NCBI GenBank assembly: GCA_030390025.1
Contig: CM059432.1
Span: 108,688,001 to 108,752,000 of the forward strand
Direction: 5' to 3'
DNA from: Squalus acanthias
Taxonomy: Eukaryota
Length of the DNA: 64,000 nucleotides
Each line of letters starts with the position of its first letter. The stretch's first letter is position 1. Made by a program: the position numbers and the translations under genes. Of this stretch, positions 1 through 14,100 are shown piece by piece. The notes below the pieces were generated by a model. The model saw only the letters and a list, made by a program, of their open reading frames with translations. It searched no databases and was not told where the DNA came from.

Positions 1-392
1 AGGTGGGCTTGCAGACTCCCGTTCAGTCCCGCCGCGGCCCTTAAAGCAGTTAACTGCTTGTTAACTGCCTGTGTAATCCTATTTTGCCTGCCCTTTTAAA
101 TTTTACCACATTTTCAGCGTGTTCCATGCCATTCTCAAACCACGCCAGCTAATGTGTCGGGTTCACAAGTGGCTGCCTTCTTGACAGCTGCAGCTCCAGC
201 ATAAAAACGGAGCTCTCAACAAGGATCAGTTGCAGGTGGCAGAACTTTGTTTTTTCAGGTCTTGGAAAACTTTTTGCAGGTTTACTGATCTTGGAAGTGG
301 TGAGGCTGGGATCCATCTCCACTGTCACCTCCTGGGAAACCCTCTCCCCACATTGACTGAGCGCTTCCTCAACTGAGGTATATACCAGCAGC

Positions 393-1594
393 ATGGGAAC
401 CATTTATTTCCTTTCATCTTGGTCCTCAGATTCAGAGGATGAGCAGCCGCGGCAGCAGCAGAACCAGGCACAACAGCAGGAGCGCCAGCCTCCTGCTCAG
501 CCACCTGATGGTGCAAAGGGCAGAAGGCGTCAGCGCAGGGATGCATGTCGCCGCAGGAGATACCCCCAACACAGGGTTTACTGGCCGAGGATTACCTTGA
601 CTGAGCAGCAATGCCAAAGAAGGCTGAGACTTCCGCGAGAGGTAGTCGGTGACATCTGTGCAATGCTGCACCAACACCTGGAGCCCAGAGGAGCGGGTGG
701 ACACCCCTTACCAGTGGCTGTCAAAGTCACCACCGCCCTCAATTTTTTTGCTTCAGGGTCCTTCCAGGGCTCATCAGCAGACATCAGCGGCATCTCCCAG
801 TCGGCCGCACACACCTGCATCATGCAGGTAACCGATGCCCTCTTTGCCAAGGCCCACAATTACATACACTTCTCCATGGATCAAGCAAGTGTAACCGCGC
901 ATGTGGTTGGCTTTGCAAATATGGCAGGTTTGCCAATGGTGCAGGGTGTCATAGACTGCACACATGTGGCCCTTAGGGCACCCCATCACAACCCAGCTGT
1001 TTTTGTCAACTGCAAGGGCTTCCACTCCCTCAACGTGCAGCTGGTGTGTAACCACAGGAAGGACATTTTGCATGTCTGCGCAAAGTACCCTGGCAGTTGT
1101 CATGACTCGTTCATCCTGCGCCAGTCTAGTGTGCCTCCGCTCTTCAATCTGCCAAACCAACTTTCCGGGTGGCTACTTGGAGACAAAGGCTATCCCCTGA
1201 AGATGTGGCTGATGATGCCGTTGAGGAGGCCATCGAACGAAGCTGAGGAGCGCTACAATGCCAGCCACATTTCGACCAGATCCATTATCGAGCAAACCAT
1301 CGGCTTGCTGAAGATGCGATTCAGATGCCTTGATAGATCAGATGGAGCCCTACAGTATTCAGCAGCCAGGGTCTGGTCTGCTGTGCACTGCACAACATCG
1401 CACAGCATCGTGGCTTGCAGATGCCTGAGGAACAAGTGGCTCAGCGCATAGCCTCCTCAGATGAGGAGGAGGAGGAGGAGGAGGAGGAGGAGGAGGAGGG
1501 CGTTGCGGAGGCGGATGCGCCAGGTCCAGCAGCACGTGAGCACATTGCTGCCCGTGATGCAAGGAATGCACTAATCTTTGCCAGATTCGCTTAA
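393..1594 (+). pseudogene. Harbinger transposase (putative nuclease HARBI1-like, DDE_Tnp_4 type), frameshifted near the C-terminus
   Basis: ORF 393-1451 has IDCTHV, LGDKGYP and [18 protein letters not shown] (D-D-E motifs). A short deletion near 1372 relative to the 52-53 kb copy shifts the VVCCALHN motif out of frame; the ancestral frame continues through poly-E to LIFARFA* at 1594. Confidence 0.9.
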
Positions 1595-1868
1595 GCAGAC
1601 GAATCAAACAAATGTGGCTGGCACCTTCTTAACACACCATACACAATGTACAAGAACCTATGGGTTCCTATCACTCTCACACCATCATTACAAATGCAAG
1701 TTGCCCTGAGCCCTCAATGTTGAACTTCCATTTCCGAGATCACATAGGCCAGCACTTCAACTGTTTGCCATTACTTCTGTTTAATCCATTCACAAAAGGA
1801 TGACAATGTCAAATATTAAAGAAAACAAAAGACAACAGAACAGAACACCCAGGTGACTACCCTTGTGA

Positions 1869-3815
1869 CTAATTGTGCTTTATCTTCCTCTTACGCGTGC
1901 TTCTACGTGGTGCCTCCCCTGTGGCTTCAGCAGATGTGGAGGCCCCTTGCTCACTTTCATGCTACTCCTGCTTCGACACCTTTGGTGGGTGTCCTCTGGG
2001 TTTGCGAGCCTGTGAGGGCTCGGCAACAGTCTGCTCCTCCTGCGTCTGTGCAGGGGCTGAGAAGCCCATCTCAGTTGGGTGAGGACTCTGGTGGGGCTCT
2101 GACCGAGGGCTACTCAGTGGCATGGGAGTGTGAGCGCTTGGAGAGGAGCCCCCACTTCCTTGTTGCCTGCCACCAACATCCCTCTCATGGGTCAGCCCCA
2201 CATCAGTGCTAGCAAGTGGCTTGACAGCACCTTGCTGCACATCAGGGGGGCCATGAGGACCCGTATCTGCACTGGCAGTCCTACTCAAAAGGACTTCCAT
2301 GAAGTTCTGGTTTCTCTGCTCAATAGCTGCCCATTGCTGCTCCAGAGATGTCATTCTATTCTGAACATTCACCATGTTTTCCTGACTCTGGCGACTTATT
2401 TCCTCCATGGCCGTAGCCAGCCTTTCCACAGAGGTTGCCATCCTATCCGTGATGGTGCGTTCATGCGCCATTGCCTCCACAAAGGCACTGCTCATGTTGG
2501 ACATGGACTCCTCCATCCTCTCCACACTCACAGTAACCCTGGAGACAAAACCTGCCAGAGACTCCTGCATTTGTTCCTGGAGTTCCAGCACCGCTCTCTT
2601 TCTGGATGGACCCGGAGGCACAGGGTTCACATGCAGCTGAACCTAGCTGGGAGTGCCCTGCGGCCTCCGACAAGGACTCTCCACTGCTGTCCCTGTCTCC
2701 ACCATCTGCTGATGCTCACTTGTGAGCTGTGATACACCAGGTGACAACACTACACTATCTCCCGAAGGTCCCACCGAGGTGTGCGTATCTGTGCTGGTGC
2801 TGGGTGCGCTTAATTCTGCTGACGCTGCGTCCTCAGAGGTTGCAGGTTCCTCTGAGGAGCCTTCTGGCTCCGGCTCTTCCTCCTGGACAGTGGGGAGGGG
2901 GGCGGCTGTCGATGGTCCTGTGGGGGAGTAAAGGAATGAGTTAGACATGTGATATAAACATTGCAACACATCGAATTGTGCAGATGATCATAAGTCAATC
3001 TGTATGAGCATCAGAAGTCATATCAGTCACTCATGCAATGTAAATGAGAGAGATGCAAAACTATTCTGTCACCAGCTTGTTCTGATGTGCCCGTCTGTCC
3101 GTACCCCACTTCCATCTCCTCCTTGGCTCCAACGATCTCTAGGGCCGCCTCCTCAGCGCTGGTGAGATGGGCTATTGAGGGTGGCCCTCTTCCTGTCTTC
3201 ACCCTTTCCCTCTTATTGTGGGCTCTCTTTTCCTGCAATGAGGGACACAAGTGGAGTTTGAGTGAGAATGATGAAGTGAGTGTAGAGAATCCATAGCATA
3301 GATGCTTAGAAGGAGACAAAGATGGAGTGAGGTCCCAATACCAAGGGCCCTCCCTGTGTGTTGTTAGTTGTTGTCATTGCATAACAGTGATAGGGAGTGT
3401 GAGGGCAGCATAGTCGAATAGTGAAGTAATTGTGTACATAGAGAGAGAGGGATGGTCAAGGGTGCAAGGGATGTAAGGGTAAAGTGGGATGTGTAGGAGT
3501 AGGTTGACAATGCAGAGTGCTGATGCTGAGAGGAGATGGGGAGCAGAATGAGGGTAAAGGTGATGGTATACTCACTTTTCCTGTGTGGACAAGCTCATTG
3601 AACCTCTTTCGGCACTGCAGCCAGGTTCTGCTGCACAACGATCTGGAGCTCACCTCCTGAGCCAGTTACAGCCGCACAGCTTTGGTCTGCTGGGGAGATT
3701 TTTTCCTCCCAGAGGAAGGAAAGAGCACCTTCTTTTGAGCTCTGGCTCCCTCCACCAGAGCATGTAGGCAGTCATCATCGAAGCGAAGTGAGGCCTTGGG
3801 CCTTGAGCTAGACAT
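1869..3815 (-). pseudogene. Harbinger Myb/SANT-like (trihelix) DNA-binding protein, 3 exons (3815-3576, 3232-3073, 2917-1869), with nonsense codons
   Basis: Exon 1 reads MSSSRPKASLRFDDDCLHALVEG...RTWLQCRKRFNELVHTGK followed by GTGAGT; TTGCAG and CCACAG acceptors; exon 2 is 160 bp, as in the copy at 59437-59596; in-frame stops in exons 1 and 3. Confidence 0.85.
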
Positions 3816-3889
3816 TTCAGGAGTATCAAACACTTAGCACAGTATTCACTCTGGACGTACAGAGGGAGAAAATGAACCAAGGCTGCCTG

Positions 3890-3960
3890 GAGCCCTTAAA
3901 AGCAGCTGGATAAATGACGTCAGCAGAGGCGAGTTTCAGACCCAAAAGACTAATTGGGCC
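3890..3960 (-). promoter_or_regulatory. Putative promoter of the Myb-like gene (CCAAT, CRE TGACGTCA at 3915-3922, TTTTAAG TATA-like)
   Basis: Same TGACGTCA plus TTTAA(A)G arrangement upstream of the Myb ORF at 26217-26224 and 58786-58793. Confidence 0.5.
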
Positions 3961-5127
3961 AGGGGAGCGCACACGCAGGGAATCAGTTGCCCAATTAGGG
4001 CAAAATCGCAAATTTATCCCGCCTGACAGTGGAGGCGGGAGCGGGACCCGCCGACCACCTGACCTGGACCCAACCCGCCTCCATTAGTAAAATCGCAGCT
4101 GTGATCTTAGCTTGGTCACGTGTTTTTGGAAAAGAACTTTGCACACCACCAGCACATACTGGAACATCTCTGGCAGCTTGCTTGCTACCTGCTCTTTGAT
4201 CCAGATGCCAAACATAAGTAACTCATGTTTCTAATCCCTTATGACATAATTTGAACCACTCAAATGGATTATTTAAAGTGTAAATGAAAAACTGACATCT
4301 GTTCTCTGTTTCTGTGCCAGCTGAGAGTTGCCTCTTGGCCTGGTACGTTAGAAAGGCGATGAAGACCATTCTCTAACTTTAACAAACTTCCCAGCTGTAG
4401 GAGTTAACACTGTTTGGCAGTGCAGGAGCATAGGTTCTTGAGGGTAAACTTTCTGATTGCACAGTCCCAAGGTGGAGGCTCATCCGTTGGGAGCACATAT
4501 TGGGAAAACACATTACTGGTGCCCCAATATGCACCCCTCATGTGCAAGGCTTCTGATTGGGAGTGCACAAATGGAAAATGTACTCTTCGGCATACAAGCT
4601 TCTGTTAGTTCCCAGTAATCTACCATATGATTTAATTTCTGTACGCTTGATATGATAATCTTTTAATGATGATGCCCCAAATGATAGGAATGCCACAAGT
4701 AATGCACAGCTTTATTATAATTATGCAGAGCTTTGTGTGATGGGAGCTTGTATCGAGAATTTGAGGACAGAGGTTTTCGTGCCCAATTGGCAGCTTGCGC
4801 AATTGTCCCAAATTAACGGGCAGAAACTCCTGCAGAAATCCACACTCTCAATGTTCCCAAAATGCAAAGAAGTGCACTCGGAGCATTAAATTGTAACATT
4901 TACTCCCATGGCTAAACAGGAGTCACTTCAATGAAAATAATCCCCTCTCCAGTTTCGAGCTGATCCATTCTGCCAGTTTATTTTCTTGTGATTGCTTTGC
5001 CCTTTATACAAGTCTTTTTTTTTTAATTGTTAAAATTTATTTTACTCACCTCAAATTCAGTGTAATCGGTTGCTGAGTGATTCACAGCCAACAGGTCTGC
5101 ATAGTAATAAAGAATTAATAAAACTTT

Positions 5128-8100
5128 GGGGGAAATTTTAACCCCCAAAAACGGATGGGTTGCGGTCAGGTGGGGGGCTAATGTGTTAAAAAACTGAATC
5201 CCGACCCCAGCCTGCTCACTTCTGGTTTTAATGGAGGCGGGATGGGGACGGGCAGCCAACTCGCTCCCAGGAGGCGGGTCGCCCGTTTAAATATTATAAT
5301 GAGGCTGGCATGCCTCAGATTTAACCAGCATTTCAAATTTGCCTCTGTCTGGTTGGATTTCTTAGGCTTTGGAAAACCCGCCAGCTAAAGTAAGGCGAGG
5401 ATGGCTGGATTCAGGATGTAAGAGCCTTTACACTCACCTCCTGGATTCAGCGTCCCTGCCTCACCCTCCCCCGCGATCAGAGACCCCCCACGAGGGCTCT
5501 GATTCTGCCCAAGAGACCGCCGATCCCCCCGACAAGGGCTCCGACCCCACCTCCCACCCTCACCACGAGGCCTCCGATCGCCTTCCCGGGCACCCGCCCC
5601 CCACCCCCTCCAGCCCCAATGCTACTCTGGCCCCCATCCTCTCCGACCCCGCCGATACTCCGGCCCCGATCCTTCCACTCTCGATACTCCGGCTCCGATC
5701 CTTCCACCCTCGATACTCCGGCCCCAATCCTTCCACTCTCGATACTCCGGCCCCGATCGTTCCACTCTCGATACTCCGGCTCCGGTCCTTCCACCCTCGA
5801 TACTCCGGCCCCGATCCTTCCACTCTCGATACTCCGGTCCCGATCCTTCCACTCTCGATACTCCGGCCCCGATCCTTCCACTCTCGATACTCCGGCCCCG
5901 ATCCTTCCACTCTCGATACTCCGGCCCCGATCCTTCCACCCTCGATACTCCGGCCCCGATCCTTCCACCCTCGATACTCCGACCCCGATCCTCCCATCCC
6001 CGATACTCCGGCCCCGATCCTTCCACTCTCGATACTCTGACCCCGATCCTCCCATCCCCGATACTCCGGCCCCGATCCTTCCACTCTCGATACTCCGGCC
6101 CCGATCCTTCCACCCTCGATACTCCGGCCCCGATCCTTCCCCCCCCCCCGATACTCCGGCCCCGATCCTTCCACCCTCGATACTCCGGCCCCGATCCTTC
6201 CCCCCCCCGATACTCCGGCCCCGATCCTTCCACTCTCGATACTCCAACCCCGATCCTTCCACTCTCGATACTCCGGCCCCGATCCTTCCCCCCCGCTGAT
6301 ACTCCGACCCTGATCCTTCCCCCCCCCTCGATACTCCGACCCCGATCCTTCTATCGCCGATACTCCGGCCCCGATCCTTCCCCCGCCGATACTCCAGCCC
6401 CGATCCTTCCCCCCCGGTACTCCGGCCCCGATCCTTCCACCCCCGATACTCCGGCCCCGATCCTTCCCCCACCGATACTCCGGCCCCGATCCTTCCACCC
6501 CCGATACTCCGGCCCCGATCCTTCCACCCCCGATACTCCGGCCCCGATCCTTCCCCCCCCGATACTCCGGCCCCGATCCTTCCACCCTCGATACTCCGGC
6601 CCCGATCCTTCCACCCTCGATACTCCGGCCCCGATCCTTCCCCCCCCGATACTCCAGCCCCGAACCTTCCCCCCCGATACTCCGGCCCCGATCCTTCCAC
6701 CCTCGATACTCCGGCCCCGATCCTTCCACCCTCGATACTCCGGCCCCGATCCTCCCATCCCCGATACTCCGGCCCCGATCCTTCCACTCTCGATACTCCG
6801 GCCCTGATCCTTCCCCCCCCCCCGATACTCCGGCCCCGATCCTCCCACTCTCGATACTCCGGCCCCGATCCTTCCCCCCCCCGATACTCCGACCCCGATC
6901 CTCCCATCCCCGATACTCCGGCCCCGATCCTCCCATCCCCGATACTCCGGCCCCGATCCTTCCACTCTCGATACTCCGGTCCCGATCCTCCCACTCTCGA
7001 TACTCCGGCCCCGATCCTTCCCCCCCCCCGATACTCCGACCCCGATCCTCCCATCCCCGATACTCCGGCCCCGATCCTTCCACTCTCGATACTCCGGCCC
7101 CGATCCTTCCACCCTCGATACTCCGGCCCCGATCCTTCCACCCCCGATACTCCGGCCCCGATCCTTCCACCCTCGATACTCCGGCCCCGATCCTTCCCCC
7201 CCTCAATACTCCGGCCCCGATCCTTCCACTCTCGATACTCCGACCCCGATCCTCCCATCCCCGATACTCCGGCCCCGATCCTTCCACTCTCGATACTCCG
7301 GCCCCGATCCTTCCACTCTCGATACTCCGACCCCGATCCTCCCACCCCCGATACTCCGGCCCCGATCCTTCCACTCTCGATACTCCGGCCCCGATCCTTC
7401 CACCCTCGATACTCCGACCCCGATCCTCCCATCCCCGATACTCCGGCCCCGATCCTTCCACTCTCGATACTCCGGCCCCGATCCTTCCCCCCCCCGATAC
7501 TCCGGCCCCGATCCTTCCACTCTCGATACTCCAGCTCCGATCCTTCCCCCCGCCGATACTCCGGCCCCGATCCTTCCCCCCCCGATACTCCAGCTCCGAT
7601 CCTTCCCCCCCCGATACTCCGGCCCCGATCCTTCCCCCCCCCGATACTCTGGCCCCGATCCTTCCCCCCACGGTACTCCGGCCCCGATCCTTCCCCCCCC
7701 CGATACTCCGGCCCCGATCCTTCCCCCCCCGATACTCCGGCCCCGATCCTTCCCCCCCCGATACTCTGGCCCCGATCCTTCCCCCCACGGTACTCCGGCC
7801 CCGATCCTTCCACCCCCGATACTCCGGCCCCGAACCTTCCCCCCCCGATACTCCGGCCCCGATCCTTCCACCCCCGATACTCCGGCCCCGATCCTCCCAT
7901 CCCAGATACTCCGGCCCCGATCCTTCCACTCTCGATACTCCGGCCCCGATCCTTCCACTCTCGATACTCCGACCCCGATCCTCCCATCCCCAATACTCCG
8001 GCCCCGATCCTTCCACGCTCGATACTCCGGCCCCGATCCTCCCACTCTCGATACTCCGGCCCCGATCCTTCTCCCCCCCGATACTCCGACCCCGATCCTC

Positions 8101-11100
8101 CCATCCCCGATAGTCCGGCCCCGATCCTCCCATCCCCGATACTCCGGCCCCGATCCTTCCACTCTCGATACTCCGGCCCCGATCCTTCCCCCCCTCGATA
8201 CTCCGGCCCCGATCCTCCCACTCTCGATACTCCGGCCCCGATCCTTCTCCCCCCGATACTCCGACCCCGATCCTCCCATCCCCGATAGTCCGGCCCCGAT
8301 CCTCCCATCCCCGATACTCCGGCCCCGATCCTTCCACTCTCGATACTCCGGCCCCGATCCTTCCCCCCCTCGATACTCCGGCCCCGATCCTTCCACTCTC
8401 GATACTCCGGCCCCGATCCTTCCCCCCCTCGATACTCCGGCCCCGATCCTTCCACCCTCGATACTCCGGCCCCGATCCTTCCACTCTCGATACTCCGGCC
8501 CCGATCCTTCCACTCTCGATACTCCGGCCCCGATCCTTCCACCCTCGATACTCCGGCACCGATCCTTCCACCCCCCCTCGATACTCCGGCCCCGATCCTT
8601 CCACCCTCGATACTCCGGCCCCGATCCTTCCCCCCCCCGATACTCCGGCCCCGATCCTTCCCCCCCCCCGATACTCCGGCCCCGATCCTTCCCCCCCCAA
8701 TACTCCGGCCCCGATCCTTCCCCCCCCCGATACTCCGGCCCCGATCCTTCCACTCTCGATACTCCGGCCCTGATCCTTCCATTCCCGATACTCCGGCCCC
8801 GATCCTTCCACTCTCGATACTCCGGCCCCGATCCTTCCATTCCCGATACTCCGGCCCCGATCCTTCCCCCCCTCGATACTCCGGCCCTGATCCTTCCAAT
8901 CCCGATACTCCGGCCGCGATCCTTCCACTCTCGATGCTCCGGCCCCAATCCTTCCCCCCCTCGATACTCCGGCCCCGATCCTTCCACTCTCGATACTCCG
9001 GCCCCGATCCTTCCCCCCCTCGATACTCCGGCCTTGATCCTTCCATTCCCGATACTCCGGCCCCGATCCTTCCACTCTCGATACTCCGGCCCCGATCCTT
9101 CACCCCTCGATACTCCGGCCCCCCATCCTTCCACTCTCAATACTCCGGCCCCGATCCTTCCCCCCCTCGATACTCCGGCCCCGATCCTTCCCCCCTCGAT
9201 ACTCCGGCCCCGATCTTTACCCCCGTCGATACTCCGGCCCCGATCCTTCCACTCTCGATACTCCGGCCCCGATCCTTCCATTCCCGATACTCCGGCCCCG
9301 ATCCTTCCACTCTCGATACTCCGGCCCCGATCCTTCCACTCTCGATACTCCGGCCCTGATCCTTCCACTCTCGATACTCCGGCCCCGATCCTTCCATTCC
9401 CGATACTCTGGCCCCGATCCTTCCACTCTCGATACTCCGGCCCCGATCCTTCCATTCCCGATACTCCGGCCCCGATCCTTCCACTCTCGATACTCTGGCC
9501 CCGATCCTCCCATCCCCGATACTCCGGCCCCGATCCTTCCCCCCCTCGATACTCCGGCTCCGATCCTTCCATTCCCGATACTCCGGCCCCGATCCTTCCC
9601 CCCCTCGATACTCCGGCCCCGATCCTTCCCCCCCTCGATACTCCGGCCCCGATCCTTCCACTCTCGATACTCCGGCCCCGATGCTTCCATTCCCGATACT
9701 CCGGCCCCGATCCTTCCCCCCCGATACTCCGGCCTCGATCCTTCCACTCTCAATACTCCGGCCCCGATCCTTCCATTCCCGATACTCCGGCCCCGATCCT
9801 TCCACTCTCGATACTCCGGCCCCGATCCTTCCATTCCCGATACTCCGGCCCCGATCCTTCCACTCTCGATACTCCGGCCCCGATCCTTCCACTCTCGATA
9901 CTCCGGCCCTGATCCTTCCACTCTCGATACTCCGGCCCCGATCCTTCCATTCCCGATACTCTGGCCCCGATCCTTCCACTCTCGATACTCCGGCCCCGAT
10001 CCTTCCATTCCCGATACTCCGGCCCCGATCCTTCCACTCTCGATACTCTGGCCCCGATCCTCCCATCCCCGATACTCCGGCCCCGATCCTTCCCCCCCTC
10101 GATACTCCGGCTCCGATCCTTCCATTCCCGATACTCCGGCCCCGATCCTTCCACCCTCGATACTCCGGCCCCGATCCTTCCACTCTCGATACTCCGGCCC
10201 CGATCCTTCCACCCCCTCGATACTCCGGCCCCGATCCTTCCCCCCCTCGATACTCCGGCCCCGATCCTTCCCCCCCTCGATACTCCGGCCCCGATCCTTC
10301 CACTCTCGATACTCCGGCCCCGATGCTTCCATTCCCGATACTCCGGCCCCGATCCTTCCCCCCCCGATACTCCGGCCTCGATCCTTCCACTCTCAATACT
10401 CCGGCCCCGATCCTTCCATTCCCGATACTCCGGCCCCGATCCTTCCATTCCCGATACTCCGACCCCGATCCTTCCATTCCCGATACTCCGGCCCCGATCC
10501 TTCCCCCCCCCCGGTACTCCGGCCCCGATCCTTCCACCCCCGATACTCCGGCCCCGATCCTTCCCCCCCCGATACTCCGGCCCTGATCCTTCCACTCTCG
10601 ATACTCCGACCCCGATCCTCCCATCCCCGATACTCCGACCTCGATCCTTCCCCCCCCCGATACTCCGACCCCGATCCTTCCCCCCCCTTGATACTCCGAC
10701 CCCGATCCTTCTATCCCCGATACTCCGGCCCCGATCCTTCCCCCCCCCGATACTCCGGCCCCGATCCTTCCCCCCCCCGGTACTCCGGCCCCGATCCTTC
10801 CACCCCCGATACTCCGGCCCCGATCCTTCCCCCCCCGATACTCCGGCCCCGATCCTTCCACCCTCGATACTCCGGCCCTGATCCTTCCACCCCCGATACT
10901 CCGGCCCCGATCCTTCCACCCCCGATACTCCGGCCCCGATCCTTCCACCTTCGATACTCCGGCCCCGATCCTTCCCCCCCCCCCGATACTCCGGCCCCTA
11001 TCCTCCCACTCTCAATACTCCGGCCCCGATCCTTCCCGCCCCCGATACTCCGACCCCGATCCTTCCCCCCCCCCGGTACTCCGGCCCCGATCCTTCCACC

Positions 11101-14100
11101 CCCGATACTCCGGCCCCGATCCTTCCCCCCCCCGATACTCCGGCCCCGATCCTTCCACTCTCGATACTCCGGCCCTGATCCTTCCATTCCCGATACTCCG
11201 GCCCCGATCCTTCCACCCTCGATACTCCGGCCCCGATCCTTCCACCCTCGATACTCCGGCCCCGATCCTTCCCCCCCTCGATACTCCGGCCCCGATCCTT
11301 CCACTCTTGATACTCCGACCCCGAACCTCCCATCCCCGATACTCCGGCCCCGATCCTTCCACTCTCGATACTCCGGCCCCGATCCTTCCACTCTCGATAC
11401 TCCGGCCCCGATCCTTCCCCCCCCCGATACTCCGGCCCCGATCCTTCCACTCTCGATACTCCGGCCCTGATCCTTCCATTCCCGATACTCCGGCCCCGAT
11501 CCTTCCACCCTCGATACTCCGGCCCCGATCCTTCCACCCTCGATACTCCGGCCCCGATCCTTCCACCCCCGATACTCCGGCCCCGATCCTTCCACCCTCG
11601 ATACTCCGGCCCCGATCCTTCCCCCCCTCGATACTCCGGCCCCGATCCTTCCACTCTCGATACTCCGACCCCGATCCTCCCATCCCCGATACTCCGACCC
11701 CGATCCTTCCCCCCCCCGATACTCCGACCCCGATCCTTCCCCCCCCTTGATACTCCGACCCCGATCCTTCTATCCCCGATACTCCGGCCCCGATCCTTCC
11801 CCCCCCCGATACTCCTTCCCCGATCCTTCCCCCCCCGGTACTCCGGCCCCGATCCTTCCACCCCCGATACTCCGGCCCCGATCCTTCCCCCCCCGATACT
11901 CCGGCCCCGATCCTTCCACCCTCGATACTCCGGCCCTGATCCTTCCACCCCCGATACTCCGGCCCCGATCCTTCCACCCCCGATACTCCGGCCCCGATCC
12001 TTCCACCTTCGATACTCCGGCCCCGATCCTTCCCCCCCCCGATACTCCGGCCCCTATCCTCCCACTCTCGATACTCCGGCCCCGATCCTTCCCGCCCCCG
12101 ATACTCCGACCCCGATCCTTCCCCCCCCCGGTACTCCGGCCCCGATCCTTCCACCCCCGATACTCCGGCCCCGATCCTTCCCCCCCTCCGATACTCCGGC
12201 CCCGATCCTTCCCCCCCCCGATACTCCGGCCCCGATCCTTCCACTCTCGATACTCCGGCCCTGATCCTTCCATTCCCGATACTCCGGCCCCGATCCTTCC
12301 ACCCTCGATACTCCGGCCCCGATCCTTCCACCCTCGATACTCCGGCCCCGATCCTTCCCCCCTCGATACTCCGGCCCCGATCCTTCCACTCTCGATACTC
12401 CGACCCCGAACCTCCCATCCCCGATACTCCGGCCCCGATCCTTCCACTCTCGATACTCCGGCCCCGATCCTTCCACTCTCGATACTCCGGCCCCGATCCT
12501 TCCCCCCCCCGATACTCCGGCCCCGATCCTTCCACTCTCGATACTCCGGCCCTGATCCTTCCATTCCCGATACTCCGGCCCCGATCCTTCCACCCTCGAT
12601 ACTCCGGCCCCGATCCTTCCACCCTCGATACTCCGGCCCCGATCCTTCCACCCCCGATACTCCGGCCCCGATCCTTCCACCCTCGATACTCCGGCCCCGA
12701 TCCTTCCCCCTCTCGATACTCCGGCCCCGATCCTTCCACTCTCGATACTCCGACCCCGATCCTCCCATCCCCGATACTCCGGCCCCGATCCTTCCACTCT
12801 CGATACTCCGGCCCCGATCCTTCCACTCTCGATACTCCGGCCCCGATCCTTCCCCCCCCGATACTCCGGCCCCGATCCTTCCCCCCCCCGATACTCTGGC
12901 CCCGATCCTTCCCCCCACGGTACTCCGGCCCCGATCCTTCCACCCCCGATACTCCGGCCCCGAACCTTCCCCCCCCGATACTCCGGCCCCGATCCTTCCA
13001 CCCCCGATACTCCGGCCCCGATCCTTCCACTCTCGATACTCCGGCCCCGATCCTTCCACTCTCGATACTCCGACCCCGATCCTCCCATCCCCGATACTCC
13101 GGCCCCGATCCTTCCACTCTCGATACTCCGGCCCCGATCCTTCCACTCTCGATACTCCGGCCCCGATCCTTCCCCCCCCCGATACTCCGGCCCCGATCCT
13201 TCCACTCTCGATACTCCGACCCCGATCCTCCCATCCCGATACTCCGGCCCCGATCCTTCCACTCTCGATACTCCGGCCCCGATCCTTCCCCCCCCCCCCG
13301 ATACTCCGGCCCCGATCCTTCCACTCTCGATACTCCAGCTCCGATCCTTCCCCCCCCCGATACTCCGGCCCCGATCCTTCCCCCCCCGATACTCCAGCTC
13401 CGATCCTTCCCCCCCCGATACTCCGGCCCCGATCCTTCCCCCCCCCCCGATACTCCAGCTCCGATCCTTCCCCCCCCGATACTCCGGCCCCGATCCTTCC
13501 CCCCCCGATACTCCAGCTCCGATCCTTCCCCCCTCGATACTCCGGCCCCGATCCTTCCCCCCCCCCGATACTCCAGCTCCGATCCTTCCCCCCACGGTAC
13601 TCCGGCCCCGATCCTTCCCCCCCCCGATACTCCGGCCCCGATCCTTCCCCCCCCGATACTCCGGCCCCGATCCTTCCCCCCCCCGATACTCTGGCCCCGA
13701 TCCTTCCCCCCACGGTACTCCGGCCCCGATCCTTCCACCCCCGATACTCCGGCCCCGAACCTTCCCCCCCCGATACTCCGGCCCCGATCCTTCCACCCCC
13801 GATACTCCGGCCCCGATCCTCCCATCCCCGATACTCCGGCCCCGATCCTTCCACTCTCGATACTCCGGCCCCGATCCTTCCACTCTCGATACTCCGACCC
13901 CGATCCTCCCATCCCCGATACTCCGGCCCCGATCCTTCCACGCTCGATACTCCGGCCCCGATCCTCCCACTCTCGATACTCCGGCCCCGATCCTTCTCCC
14001 CCCCGATACTCCGACCCCGATCCTCCCATCCCCGATAGTCCGGCCCCGATCCTCCCATCCCCGATACTCCGGCCCCGATCCTTCCACTCTCGATACTCCG

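Larger units (their letters stand above)
1..4100 (+). mobile_element. PIF/Harbinger DNA transposon, copy 1 (subfamily H1); left end lies outside the window
   Basis: Convergent HARBI1-like and Myb/SANT genes; subterminal GGAGGCGGG/CCCGCCTCC motifs and a TIR-like end AAAATCGCAGC near 4089-4099; homologous to the copies at 22230, 51361 and 58616. Confidence 0.9.
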
